From assembly GCA_964016885.1 (NCBI GenBank), contig OZ024748.1, positions 14,012,001 through 14,076,000 on the forward strand: a DNA stretch of 64,000 bases. Direction: 5' to 3'. Made by a program: the position numbers and the translations under genes. Below, piece by piece: positions 1 through 12,676 of the stretch. The number at the start of each line of letters is the position of its first letter. Within the stretch, counting starts at the first letter, position 1. Origin of the DNA: Eledone cirrhosa. Its lineage: Eukaryota. The notes beneath the pieces are model-generated. The model had not been told where the DNA came from. It worked only from the letters and a program-made list of their open reading frames with translations, and did no database searches.

Positions 1-125
1 TTCTGAGTTCAAATCCCGCCGAGGTTAACTTTGCCTTTCATCCTTACGGGGTCGATAAAATAAAGTACCAGTAATACACTGGGTAATTGCTGGCCTTGTG
101 CCTAACGTAGAAACAATTATTATTG
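1..125 (+). mobile_element. tRNA-derived SINE (octopus OK/Nin-like), 5' part cut by window edge
   Basis: B-box-like GAGTTCAAATCC, core TTGCCTTTCATCCTTACGGGGTCGATAAAATAAAGTACCAGT, tail GGCCTTGTGCC..TAGAAACAATTATT; about 20 further copies in the window. Confidence 0.9.
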
Positions 126-245
126 CATGTCTTGTGTCTAAATCAAAAATATTAATTATTATTATTTATTTTATATATATATAAATATTCACACACACTA
201 GAAAGAACAAGACGAGGTTTCACAATGATTATATATATATATATA

Positions 246-545
246 AATATTGTGGAAAGGTTTGCTTGAGCAAATCTGGTCTCAGGAGCCACAGTCGCAG
301 CCATGTTCAAAGAGAACCAGTGAACTATGATCTCCACGGTGTTGTGAGGGTTCACAGTCAACCTGATGCAGGACCTCGAGCCAGAGAGATCCATAGTTGT
401 CATCAGTGTACGAAGTAGTGCAAGTCACTAGTGGGCTTGAAAAGCCATATCCGAGCGTCACACATCCGAATCTGACAAGAAATTGCAATACTCTTGGCTG
501 CCATCTCTTGGCAATAGTCTTGGTAGAGTTTGCAGCCATCATATA
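246..545 (+). mobile_element. 3' end of RTE-clade LINE (decayed C-terminal C2H2 fingers plus 3'UTR)
   Basis: + frame reads CGKVCLSKSGLRSHSRSH...SCHQCTK*CKSLVGLKSHIRASH, ends GCAGCCATC then (TA)n; similar ending at 3040-3182. Confidence 0.65.
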
Positions 546-562
546 TATATATATATATAAAT

Positions 563-593
<31 letters not shown>

Positions 594-596
594 AAT

Positions 597-645
<49 letters not shown>

Positions 646-712
646 AATATATATATATATAAATATATATATATATAAATATATATATATATAAATATAT
701 ATATATATAAAT

Positions 713-765
<53 letters not shown>
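541..765. repeat. (TA)n microsatellite with periodic TAAA interruptions
   Basis: direct reading. Confidence 0.95.
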
Positions 766-770
<5 letters not shown>

Positions 771-2410
771 ATTGGAGGCTTAGTAAAATAGAATCTTTGG
801 CGGTGTGCAAGCAAATTCGACCTACGATATGAATGAGTTAGCAAAGCACTAGGTCCTAAGAGTAATAACATACGTTTAAATAGCTTGACAAATTGAACAT
901 TGTGGTAGGCAAAATCTAACACAATACCAAAGTAACGAAAGAACTAACAGGATCGTTCTTGTTACTAGCTTTCCGCCCGTCAGTTCATGTGTAGCTAGAA
1001 AACAACACCTCATTCTTGATGAAATTAGATTCATAGGATCTTTTTCTGGTCTCTTAGTAATTTGCTATATGAATTATTGGCCATTCTTCATAGAATTTGT
1101 AAAGTGCAGAACATATACAATTAGCCATTCCATTGAGATTAATTTTCGAACATTGTGATTCCAATGAATTTCTGTTTTAACTTGAAATTGGAAATATATT
1201 CTTCCCTCCTGATTTCCTCCTCTTCTTCCACTTCGCCCTCCTACTCTCTTCTTCATCTTATTTTTGTTCTTGTTTTTTGTTCTTCCTTCTCCTAATCCTA
1301 TATCCCCTACTCCTCCAGCTATCCCCCTACTCATCTTCCTACATTGCTTTTCCTTCTTTTACCTCTCCTACTGACCTCCTCATTTTTTCTCATCATATCA
1401 GCATCTCCTTCGGCATCCTCCGCTCCCATCCTTCTCTCCAGCTCTCTTCCTCCAATATCCTCTTTACTTCTACTATTTTCCTCTCACCATCTTCACATCA
1501 TCATCATCATCATCATCATCATCTTTATTCTCCGTTTGGTTGTTGTTTTTTTCTTCTATATTATGTAAGGTTGCTGAGGTCATTCTGATCTCTTTTCGTT
1601 TTCAATTTTTTTTTCAGTTTTTATTGGTTCCCCACCCACCTTTTGCCCTTTAAATCCTTGCTCCGAATCTCATAGAAAACCATTTTTCGCCAGCCATGTT
1701 CATCTCTGATTTCATTATTTAGTCGTTCGTTGCAAGAGCAAACATAACGAAAATAAAAATAAAAATAAGGCAAAAGTAACATACAAAAAACATAAGAAAA
1801 TAAATAAATTTTAAAAAAGCGGGAAAAATTCCCAAAGTTCTTGAAACCATGATTTTGTGGTAGAAATCGATCATATTTCTTATTGCTACAGAACCAATAA
1901 TTGCTTCGGAAATAAAAGAATTAACAGAGAAAAACTAAAATCAGATACACAACCATTTTCCCAATTTAGCTAATTAGTTATACATAAATATTGATTATAT
2001 TCCGCCAAACCTAGTTGCTTTAAATTTAGTTTCAGCAGCAATATTGTTTGTTGGTTTGTTTGTTTGTTTGGTTTGGTTCGGTTTTTGTATTATTTTATTT
2101 ATCTTTTTGTTGTATTTTTCATTTGCTATTTATTATCAGTGAAAGAAAGAAAGAGTAGACGAGATAGACAGAGATAGAGAGATATAGAGAGAGAACGATA
2201 GAGGGACAGAGAGAGAAGGAAAGAAATGCATGTCTAGTGATATCACGTTTGCTCTAGTTTATTACGATTATTATTATTATTGTTGCTGATGTTATTCTGT
2301 TTTCCAAATTAATGTTATGTTATAGTTTCCGACGAGTTGTCTAAAGAAATTGCATAACAAACAAATATTTCCAACAACAGACATTCACATTGTGGATGAT
2401 GAGCAAAACT

Positions 2411-2574
2411 GTATGTATGTATGTATGTATGTATGTATGTATGTATGTATGTATGTATGTATGTATGTATGTATGTATGTATGTATGTATGTATGTGTGT
2501 GTGTGTGTATGTGTATGTATATATGTATATATGTATGTATATGTGTGTATATATGTATGTATATATGTATATGT
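2411..2574. repeat. (TATG)n/(TG)n microsatellite
   Basis: direct reading. Confidence 0.95.
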
Positions 2575-3182
2575 CAGGTCGCCAGTTGGTGCTACTGGTA
2601 ACATGTATCCCAGTACAAGCTGTCTCATGGTCGGGTCGTTGGCGACTAAACTGGCAACCCCACCAAGATTTCTTGGTGAGGAGGATGATTTTGGACATCC
2701 TGCAGGACTAAAAACAAAACCTGTCAAAGGGCAAAGGAGCTCTTAAGAGTCAATGGCCATCCAAAATCACCGGGAGAGATGACTCCGTAGCCTTTGTCAG
2801 GACAGAATTCTAGGCGAAGGAAAACTCTGATATAACACCTGCAACCCTGATGGTATCCAATGATGTTGACTTGTTCTTTTTTGGTAAATATCATCTTGGT
2901 TAAGAGAGTGGGACTGGCTTTGTGCAGTGCCTTTGCTTACTTTAAAAGCTTCACAGCACAGGCATTGCTTTATATCTGGAGATCTCTCTGCACTTGTCGT
3001 CACATGGTACCATGGGCCCAGCACTATGTGTCAATAATTGTCACAAGTGTAGTGTTTGTACCGGAGTTTTCAAGTCGCTGGCTGGACTAAATAGTCACAC
3101 TCGTTCAGAGCATCGGTAGGGGTTCTCCTACATGGATATAAAGTAGTGGCCGTACTCGAAAACGAGTTGCCAGCCACCATGT
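2575..3182 (+). mobile_element. internally deleted RTE-derived non-autonomous element
   Basis: 5' part has RTE 5'UTR-like motifs (CTGGCAACCCC, GGCGAAGGAAAACTCTGAT); 3' part encodes HKCSVCTGVFKSLAGLNSHTRSEH* and ends CAGCCACC-ATGTATG; TATG repeats on both sides. Confidence 0.55.
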
Positions 3183-3256
3183 ATGTGTATGTATCTATGT
3201 GTGTGTATGTGTGTGTGTATGTGTGTGTGTGTGTGTGTGTGTATGCATATATACAC

Positions 3257-3322
3257 CCAGGTGGTGCTATTAAGTTAGACATGGCCTGGGCCAATACTGG
3301 CCAAAACCTATCAAAGTTATAT
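3257..3322 (+). mobile_element. isolated 3' terminus of the CR1-group LINE at 22298-24115
   Basis: CCAGGTGGTGCTATTAAGTTAGACATGGCCTGGGCCAATACTGGCCAAAAC nearly identical to 24052-24101. Confidence 0.9.
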
Positions 3323-3404
3323 ATATGTATGTATGTATGTATATATATATAAATGGAATAGCATGAAACGAAATTTCATTTCTCACTCTTAGGACGGCAG
3401 TTAC

Positions 3405-3966
3405 TTAAATGTAAGTATCCATGTATGTATACATACATATATGTATACAGACGTACAGTAGTATGTATATATATATACATACATGCAGACATACATATAT
3501 GCACGTATCGGTTTACCGAACATTTATTATAATGCTCGGTTTGTTTGTAAACAAACAAACAGCCCGAATTACGCCGTACAGTGTTTAGGCAACCACGTCA
3601 CTTTTTTGTTCAACACTGACACAGGAACGATGTACTAGTTTCAAGCTTATTAGCTCTCTTCAGTATCATATTGGTTGAACGTCTGAAAGAATATACTTTC
3701 CCTATGCATTTTAACGGCTGAGCAGCCTCTTTTGCATATCGAGTGAGTTTAGTCCGCCGGGCGCACCGAAAACGATAAATGGAATAGAATGAAATTCAGG
3801 CTGTTTGTTTGTTTACAAACAAACCGAGCATTATAATAAATGTTCGTTAAACCGATACGTGCATATATGTATGTGTACATGTATGTATATATATATATAT
3901 ACATACTACTGTACGTCTGCATACATATATGTATGTACGTATACATACATGCATACTTACATTTAT
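3405..3966. repeat. long inverted repeat, ~165-bp arms (3405-3570 and 3793-3966)
   Basis: ACATTTATTATAATGCTCGGTTTGTTTGTAAACAAACAAACAGCC is mirrored by GGCTGTTTGTTTGTTTACAAACAAACCGAGCATTATAATAAATGT. Confidence 0.9.
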
Positions 3967-3981
3967 ATATATATATATATA

Positions 3982-4597
3982 TAAAACATGAGAAGAAAGA
4001 AGAATACTGCGTGGTTGCACATGGGTTACATATGAAAAAATTAGTCCCTCGTCAGTTATTTGCCAACCATCATTAACATTTCATCGCATTAAAAATCATA
4101 TACATCCAGTTTGTGCGAGCAATAACTAAAAAAAGCTATTCGGACAAGTAAATTGCGTAAAGCGAGTGAGACAAGTAAACAACATAGAAGGATAAGGGCA
4201 AACCGAAGATAGGAAAATAAACAAGCAACATGGTTATCCGGTCAGCATAAGCTAGGTGGATTTCATGAGCGATCAAGATACAGACCGTCCGACGTGAGTG
4301 AGATGTGAGCAAGAAAAGACCCCACTTAGTAGTGGGGTCTTTTCAAACGAGAGGAAGTGAGAAGGGGATAAACAGAAAGTGAGTGAGTGGAAGTGCAAGG
4401 AAGTGGTCAGTCGAGAAAAAGTGTAACTGACAGAGGGAGCGAAAGAAGATGAGAGAAACAGAGAGAACGGGGAAGCAGTAAGAGAGAAACAGACAAACGC
4501 AGCCGCGGTAAATATGTATAAAAAACATGAGAAGAAAGAAGAATACTGCGTGGTTGCACATGGGTTACATATGAAATAATTAGTCCCTCGTCAGTGA
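3982..4597 (-). mobile_element. family A: terminally redundant ~539-bp non-coding repeat (Penelope pLTR or retrozyme-like)
   Basis: ~70-bp direct repeat at 3984-4055 and 4523-4594; homologous to 56201-56755 (opposite strand) and 52835-52990; contains CTGACGA on the minus strand. Confidence 0.65.
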
Positions 4598-4919
4598 TAG
4601 GGGCGTGTTAAACTTAGCAGCCAACATTTCTCAGAAATGACACCATGCTGCCTTTAATAAAGAAAAAACTTATTAGATAATATAGTCTTATGTTACACTA
4701 TAAACTATTTGCTTGTTAGGCAAGTTTGTCATATATTACAACATAACATTCTGGCTGTGATTGAAGGGGAATAAAAGTATGGCCACGCCATGAACGCTTT
4801 TGATGTTAGGTCAGGTGGTTCAATACTGCATGGAGAATAAACAACAGCAGCAATAGCAACTGGTACTATATTTGCAGCAACAACAAGAAAAACGAGAATT
4901 TATTTGTTTGTGATATGAC

Positions 4920-5320
4920 CTCATTCGCTCTCATTCTCGCTTTCTTTCTAATGTCATCTCACTCACCCCTCGCTCTCTCTCTCTCTCTCTCTCTCCCTCT
5001 CTCTCTTTGTATTTGACCCCCCCTCCCCTCTCTCTCTCTCTTTGATTTCTCTCTCTCTCTCTTTATTTTTTCTATTTGACCTCACTCTTTCTCACTCTCT
5101 ATTTGTCCTGTCCCGCTCCCCCCCCCTCTCTCTTTCTCTCTCTTTTCTCTTTTTATTTAACCTCGCTCTCTCTCACTCTTTCTTTATATATTTGCCCTCA
5201 CTCCTTTCCTGCTCTCTTTCTCTCTCTCTGACACCATCTTTCTCTCATTCTGACACTCTTCCTATTTTACCTCACCCTCTCTTCTATCTTTCACTTCCTC
5301 TCTCCGTCTCTATCCCTCTA
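4920..5320. repeat. (CT)n-rich low-complexity tract
   Basis: direct reading. Confidence 0.9.
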
Positions 5321-5629
5321 TTTCCAATTATAAATAACAAACTGCAGTTCAGCAGCTTCCACGCTAGGTCGTTCTTTGGTAAATAACAATATTTGGTGCC
5401 ACTTACGGTGTAACATGCAATCTACTTGAATATTTACAATTCAGCGTGCAGAGCAGACTACTTCAACTACCAAACTGTTACACAACAGCAAGATTAAAAC
5501 ATGTTGAATAATGTTAAATAACGAAGAATAATGTATACATTTATGAGAGGAAAGCATGTTGGCTACGGTGTTCATTAATATATTATTTCGACAGAAAGAC
5601 ATTGATCTGGGTGTTGGTTATTAGTCTTT

Positions 5630-5910
5630 CTATATATATACAGGTCAGGATAGTTCTGTCGATTTTGGTCGTTATATTACATTGACAGTTGATGGTAGAG
5701 CAGTAAGTTTTCGTCGCTATATTATATAGACAAGTCATAGTAGAGCTGTGGGTTTTAGTCGCTATATTATATAGACAGGTGAGTATGGTTCTGTGGGTTT
5801 TGGTCGCTATATTATATAGACAGGTTAAATACTAATGTGGTTGTTGATAGTTAGGTTATATAGAATGATCAGTATATTGATGTGACTGCTGGTTGATTGT
5901 CATATTATAG
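5630..5910. repeat. degenerate ~45-bp minisatellite (~6 units)
   Basis: GTCGCTATATTATATAGACA recurs at ~5713, 5758 and 5803. Confidence 0.8.
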
Positions 5911-6304
5911 AGGCATGTTAGGTGCACCCAGGTGAAAGGTATTCAGAAAAAGGTGAACACGGGTAATAGATTCATGCAATGAAAGAGAAACATATGTACA
6001 ACGTCGGCTGATGTCTCAGTATTTCAGTAGACATCTCAGATTTTTACACAGCACAGATTGTTGTTACTACGCTAGATTAGACGCTACAGAAGCACCGAAT
6101 ATTCTCTGTGTATTGTATTCCCTTATCTTGCTTAAGATAAGACTTATGGAATTCTGTAGCTGGATATTATCAACTTATTTTGATTCTGTCTCATCCAGAA
6201 GTTTCTATGGGAGGGGAATAACATTAATATATTGCAGCGTTAACAATTATATATACGAAGAAATTGAGTTAAACTAGCTATTACATATGTGTTGTTATAT
6301 ATCG

Positions 6305-6338
<34 letters not shown>

Positions 6339-6810
6339 TTATATATATATACATACAGATTACATACATATACAATATATATATAGATATACAACATATA
6401 TATACATTATATACACACACGTATAGATATATACATATATATATACAAATACACATATACACATATGCATATACACATATACATATATATATGTATATGT
6501 ATATACATATATACATATATATATATATATACATATATAAATACATGATTAGTTTATATTAATATATGAAACACAGACAAAGAAAGGGAGAAAAGTAAGA
6601 AATAATTATGGTGAAATAGAGTGTGTGGTAGTCACAAAGAGATATGGGGGAGAGCGAAAGAGGTATGGGGGAGAGTGAAAGAGAAAGTTATTCATTGTGA
6701 GTTAGATACTATGTATCATAGTGTAAATTAGCAAACATGGACCACAATAACAGGAATTAAATCTATATGATAACGACAGATCTCGAGTTGAAGTCATTGG
6801 TTAAAGATTA

Positions 6811-6922
6811 ATTGTTTCTACTTTAGGCACAAGGCCAGCAATTACTCAGTGCTTTACTGGTACTTTATTCTATCGACCCCGTAAGGATGAAAGGCAAAGT
6901 TAACCTCGGAGGGATTTGAACT
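6811..6922 (-). mobile_element. 5'-truncated SINE with 22-bp target-site duplication
   Basis: AAGTCATTGGTTAAA(G/T)ATTAAT at 6791-6812 and 6923-6944 flanks a reverse SINE core. Confidence 0.9.
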
Positions 6923-7039
6923 AAGTCATTGGTTAAATATTAATGATGTCCCTTAGATTTGTATCATGTTACAAACATTCGAATATCAGAAATTAAGAAT
7001 ATTAATAAGGAGTAGAGGAATAATGGTTCATAATTCTGG

Positions 7040-7200
7040 CATAAGATATGGGGGGGGGGGATAGTGAAGTCGATTATATCGACCCCAGTAAATAACTGTT
7101 GCTTTATTATAATGCCATAGGAATGAATGATGACCACGGCAGGATTTCAACTGAGAACGTAAAAAAAGAACCAGAAACGACTGCTAACCATGTCTACATT
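7040..7200 (-). mobile_element. old, diverged SINE copy
   Basis: GTCGATTATATCGACCCCAGT...CGGCAGGATTTCAACTGAGAACGTAAA resembles the reverse SINE consensus. Confidence 0.6.
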
Positions 7201-7724
7201 TTGACGAATCAGAGTCCTAGGAAAAGAAAAAAAAACCTTAAAGCCGCAATCTCAGAGATACGTAGATTGACGATTCGTAATAGATTGTAGACACATCCTC
7301 CCATATATAGTATTATTTTACTGGATTTTCTAAGCTATAGTTCATAACAATCGACTGTGGTTTAAGATATTTTCTGCGTTTGGGATACCTATATCTTACA
7401 AGAATTTCAAAACTAGCCGATGTTTATACAGAATGTTATATATATATATATATTGGGGAGGGGGTGATGTATATCTATGTATATACGTAAGGAAACATGT
7501 ATATATATAGAGGGAGAGATGGTGTATGTGTGTGAGAGAGATACATATAAATATGAATATATGTATATATATATATTGTTATACTTGGGGAGGGTCATAT
7601 TTGTGTAATATTGCCAGAATTAATAACAGAACACACTCACTGTTTGGTTGGTTTTCGCTTCTCGCTGTCTTTTATATCTGCGATCTAACTTAATCGGTCC
7701 TCAACGTTGCCTCAATATCTATCA

Positions 7725-7761
<37 letters not shown>

Positions 7762-7779
7762 ACATATATATATATATCA

Positions 7780-7818
<39 letters not shown>

Positions 7819-8437
7819 ACATATACATATGTATATCATATTTGTGTATATATATAGAGATAGATAGATAACCTAATAACTATAAGATACATTTGTTTGC
7901 ATATTAACCATTTGTAATATATATGTAAGTGCGCGTATAGCATTATTCTGTATTATATACACTTTTATATTAAATTTGATCATATAATTTATCTATTCAT
8001 ATATCTGTCTATTTCAGCTGAACATTTTGTAAAAACAAATCTAAGTGCTTTTAAAGACACGCTTTCAATAGCAAATAATTTATCATTTTATATATATATA
8101 TATATATAGATATATATATATATATATATTTATATGTATATATGTGTGTGTGTGATCACTATTCAAAATCACATGTAAATAGAATATTTATAGATATAAT
8201 ATAACAAGTAGAGTATATAAATGTGTAGGTACACTTTTCTAGATGCACTATTTACTAAAAATAGTGTTGAAGCTAGACATTATTCCTCTTTAATAGGTGT
8301 GTAATGTTGATATAAATGTGCACGCAAATAAACATGTACATGTCTATATATCTCTCTCTCTCTCTATATATATATATATACACACGCACTTATTTACTTG
8401 TCCCAGTCATTCAGCTGAGGCAGTGCTGGAAACCACT

Positions 8438-8505
<68 letters not shown>

Positions 8506-8694
8506 AGAGAGATTGTTTGAATGAATACGCACGTGCTTTTTTTCTCATTTTTCCGACCCTTCCACTCCCCACTCTGTTTCCATTGGTCTTTCCAATTGGT
8601 AATACTATCTACCTGTCGAAACTACTGGCAGAATATTTTTATGCACGCGCGTATTTATTCAGCCACTTTCCCTCATATATATATATATATATAT

Positions 8695-8807
8695 AGGAAC
8701 AAGTAGGACCCCGACGGCTGAGTTCAAGCCGTTTCGACGGCTAATTCTGGACTAAATGAAAATCTTTATCCTGGTATTTGCATAGCGGAGCTTCTCAGGG
8801 GGTAATT

Positions 8808-8810
<3 letters not shown>
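8695..8810 (-). ncRNA. family B element with decayed type-I hammerhead ribozyme
   Basis: minus strand: helix I ACCCC/GGGGT, core CTGAGAA (degenerate), CCGCTA..TAGCCGTC, GAAACGGC-loop-GCCGTC (GUC site). Confidence 0.5.
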
Positions 8811-8887
<77 letters not shown>

Positions 8888-8986
8888 ATACTTGGGGAGG
8901 GTCATATTGTTGTAATAATATTGCCAGAATTAATAACAGAACACACTCACTGTCTGGTTGGCATATATATATATATATATATATAT

Positions 8987-9173
8987 ATAGGAACCAGTAA
9001 GACCCCGTCAGCTGAGCTCAAGCCGTTTCGACGGCTAATTCAGAATTAGCCGTCGAAACGGCTTGAGCTCAGCTGTCGGGGTCTTACTGGTTCCTATTAC
9101 CCACTCTACTACCTCAAGTATTGAGTACTTTGGTGCGTTATGGTCCACCTGGTTCCTTACCACATTTCCTTCG

Positions 9174-9178
<5 letters not shown>
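8987..9178 (+). mobile_element. family B fold-back element (palindrome ~8987-9097 plus unique tail) in (TA)n
   Basis: arms centred on AATTC-A-GAATT; carries hammerhead 3' half GTCGAAACGGCTTGAGCTCAGCTGTCGGGGT; homologs at 27455, 32170 and 62815. Confidence 0.8.
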
Positions 9179-9208
<30 letters not shown>

Positions 9209-10221
9209 GTGAAGTTTCTGAATGAATACGAACGTGCATTTATATATATGAATATATATAAATATATATAAATGCCTATACGTATATAAAATGTGTGCAG
9301 TTCACTAGAACTTATATGATGAGTTCTAAAAGTTGACATAAAGACAATGCATTCTATTTGACGTTCTAACAATTCTACCATTTTGCCGCCTAATACAAGC
9401 AAAGAAACTGTAGAAAAAAAAATGGACGTCACATAAAATGTTGTAAAAACTCGTGTAATCACATACAATTTATAACTTTAGCGAAGGTAAAAGGAACTTT
9501 TCTGGGAGGCGGTGCTTGATATGTGTGTGACAGCTCTGGTATGTGTGGCACTAGTGCGAGACGGAATAATGCAAGGATAACAGACAAGTAGACAATCCCT
9601 CCAGTCATTAAGACAACTTTGATACATTGCATGTAAATGGCTGACATAGCAGAATGTTTAGTCTGTTTTAAGCGTACTTTAGTTTGTTTTGGCTGCGGGA
9701 AGATCGCGGGAAATTCTTTGAGAATGAACAGAGTCTTGTTTGTTTGTCTGTCAGTGAATGCAAACTCACATAGACTAGAGGGCAAGAAATGAGTGATACA
9801 TATGTATGTGTGTGTATATATATATGCCTGTGTATGTGTGTGTTGAATGAGAGTATATATATATATATATATAATGCATAAAAACACACGCACGTGTGTG
9901 TGTGTAAGTATATAAGTATGCGTACGCAGAATGATATAATAAATATTTGATTTCACTCTAATTTTAACATTCTTAACACTTTAGTATATATTTACTTGAA
10001 GTAAAACATAAAACACTATGTTCGATGTGTTCATATAATTAAGTATCAAAGCTGGGTGGTGAGTGTTTCGGTTAATGAGACCAATGGAGCAACCAGCACC
10101 CGAAATTAATGTGCAAATAGCGTTCCACAGACACTACTGTAGTTCTGAGATCTGAGAACGATCCAGCATGCCACAGTGTATGACAAGGCCCGTACTTTTG
10201 TATTATATATATACATCTCAA

Positions 10222-10530
10222 GGGCGGCAGATTACCAGAATCGGTAGAGCATCGGTCAAAGTGATTTGGCTATTTAGTTATGACTTTCGAAGTTCTAAGT
10301 TGAAATCCCACATTTCATCCTTACGGGGTCAATAAAGTAAAGTACACGTAACGTACTAGTGTCGATTTAATTGACTTTCCACTTCCCCCAAATTGTTGGC
10401 CTTGCGACCAAATCAGAAACCATTATGTGTATTAATTTTGCCTTTCGTCCTAACAGGATCGATAAAATAAAGTACCAGTAATACACTGGGATAATTGCTG
10501 GCCTTGTGCCAAACGTAGAAACAATTATGT
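10222..10530 (+). mobile_element. two adjacent SINE copies (diverged near full-length copy plus truncated copy)
   Basis: head GGCGGCAGATTACCAGAATCGGTAGAGC, then the core and tail twice. Confidence 0.8.
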
Positions 10531-10814
10531 GTATAACTCAATGTTTCCAGTTGCGTGAATTTCATCAATGTGAAAGAAAGCGCCTTGTCTAGCCATTGGA
10601 ACAACGGGAAATGATTTGTAGTAGGGCGGATTATATAAATACAACCAGTTCTTATGATGGTTTCGAAAGATTTATCTAATCATGTTTATGGAAGTAAATC
10701 TATTCCACATGCCAACACCATAAATGATTTTAGGGGACAGTCCGGCCAACACGATGGAAAAGAGGTGAAATAAAGTGTCACTCGATATGGATATCGAATT
10801 CTCAAATTTACTCT

Positions 10815-11112
10815 AGATAGAGCTGCTACTTCTCCGAGTCGAAAGATCACAGACCCGATACTATGGGTATGAGGTTAGAATGTCCCAGGAAAGAATCGCT
10901 GGACAGATTTTACGGGTAAAACCAGCCAGCAGAAGACCCAGGTGTAAACCCCGGACAAGATGGTTGGATAACGTCCATAAGCTTGGATGGTCTCGCTTGG
11001 GGATTCAGTCGGATCAGTTGGAGATGATTACTTCTGAAAGGGACCGCTGGAAGGGGTGTTTGAGGACTCTGCGCCCCACGACCCTTTCAGTAATAAGTGG
11101 GCGAAGAAGAAG
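10815..11112 (+). mobile_element. 3' fragment of RTE-clade LINE ORF
   Basis: LLRVERSQTRYYGYEVRM...RRPRCKPRTRWLD...ERDRWK matches the RTE C-terminal signature (LRWxGHVxRM, RPRGRPRxRWxD); GAA tail. Confidence 0.8.
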
Positions 11113-11484
11113 GACAAGAAAAGAAAAAGGAAAAAAAGAAAAATGAGAAAAAAGAAAAGAAAAAAAGAAAAGAAGAGAAACAAAAAATAAAATTAAAAAA
11201 TAAAATAAAAAATAAAAAAGGAAAAAAGAAAACAACAACAACACGAAGAGACGACGACAACGTTCGTAAGACAAATACATTAACCACTAAGCTAAGCTCC
11301 CATCTTCACACTAAATAGCTTACTGATAACTAAAAGAAAGGAAGGAAAGCGAGGGATAAAAGTGATGGGGAAACGAAAGAATGTGACAAGTGAAGACGTG
11401 AGTGAGTAGAGAAAGTATGTATGAAATAGTTGCAGTGTAAGAGAGTGTAAAAAGCATAAATAGGAAGCAAAAACAGTATTAAGG

Positions 11485-11635
11485 GGAGGGTGTAAGGTAT
11501 TGAGAGTGGGTGAGGCGGGTGTATGGTAATCAGCGAGAGAGACGGAGGGTGTAAGGTAATCAGAGAGAGGAGGAGGTTGTAAGGTAATCAGTGAGAGAAG
11601 GAGTGTGTATGGTAATCAGAGAGAGGGGGAGATTG
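11485..11635. repeat. ~30-bp minisatellite GTGTAAGGTAATCAGAGAGAG, 5 units
   Basis: direct reading. Confidence 0.8.
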
Positions 11636-11693
11636 TTATGTTTACCTCGTCAGTAAATCATTCATAATTTTGTTGTATCTCGTTGTTTTTCAG

Positions 11694-11764
11694 ATGTTTA
11701 GCATCTATGGTGTCAAGTTAAATGACGTGTATAAAGAGAAATTCACCGACCGTGTGTCTGTTCG
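11694..11764 (+). CDS. candidate internal exon of unidentified host gene ([24 protein letters not shown], ends phase 2)
   Basis: acceptor TTGTTTTTCAG, donor CG|GTATGT, open frame, unique complex sequence among repeats. Confidence 0.55.
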
Positions 11765-11798
11765 GTATGTGTGTATATATATTATATACATGTGTGTG

Positions 11799-11923
<125 letters not shown>

Positions 11924-11992
11924 GTACGTATATAGGTATGATATATATATATATACATATAAACAAATATATATACGTGCGTATGTACGTAC

Positions 11993-12032
<40 letters not shown>

Positions 12033-12117
12033 TTACGTTTATTTATATATATATATATTTATATATATATATACATACGTATATATATATATATGTTTAT
12101 ATGTACGTATATACGTA

Positions 12118-12162
<45 letters not shown>

Positions 12163-12216
12163 ACATATATACACGTGTGTATGTACGTATGTATATACAT
12201 ATATATATATACATAC

Positions 12217-12263
<47 letters not shown>

Positions 12264-12519
12264 AGTATATATACATATATATACGTATGTATATACATGG
12301 ATATGGATGTATATATATAGTTGAACAAGTAAAACAACAAACACAGGCATGCGAAAAGACAGTCTTATATATTTAGAGAGAGAGAGAGACTGAGGGAGAG
12401 AGGGAGAGAGGGAGAGAGGGGGGGGGGGCTCTATTTTCGTTCCGCTTCAGGTCAATAGGGGTGAGCGGATCTGATGAATGAAGACATCACAACAACGCAG
12501 TCCAAACATATTTCAGTCT

Positions 12520-12676
12520 CATTGTTTTGAAGCATAGAGTTACGTCCCTTTATGATCTGAGTTCAAATCCCGCCGAGGTTAACTTTGCCTTCTATCCTTA
12601 CGGGATCCATACAATAAAGTACCAGTAATGTACTGGGTAATTGCTGGCCTTGTGCCTAAAATAGAAACAATTATTG
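12520..12676 (+). mobile_element. SINE copy
   Basis: B-box, core and ATT tail as at 1-125. Confidence 0.9.

Noticed and set aside
246-475. Host C2H2 zinc-finger gene
   Set aside because: In-frame stop, no TGEKP linkers, and it ends in a LINE-type tail; better explained as an RTE C-terminus.
5630-5910. CRISPR-like repeat-spacer appearance
   Set aside because: The spacers are homologous to each other, no cas genes are present and the context is eukaryotic; this is a degenerate minisatellite.
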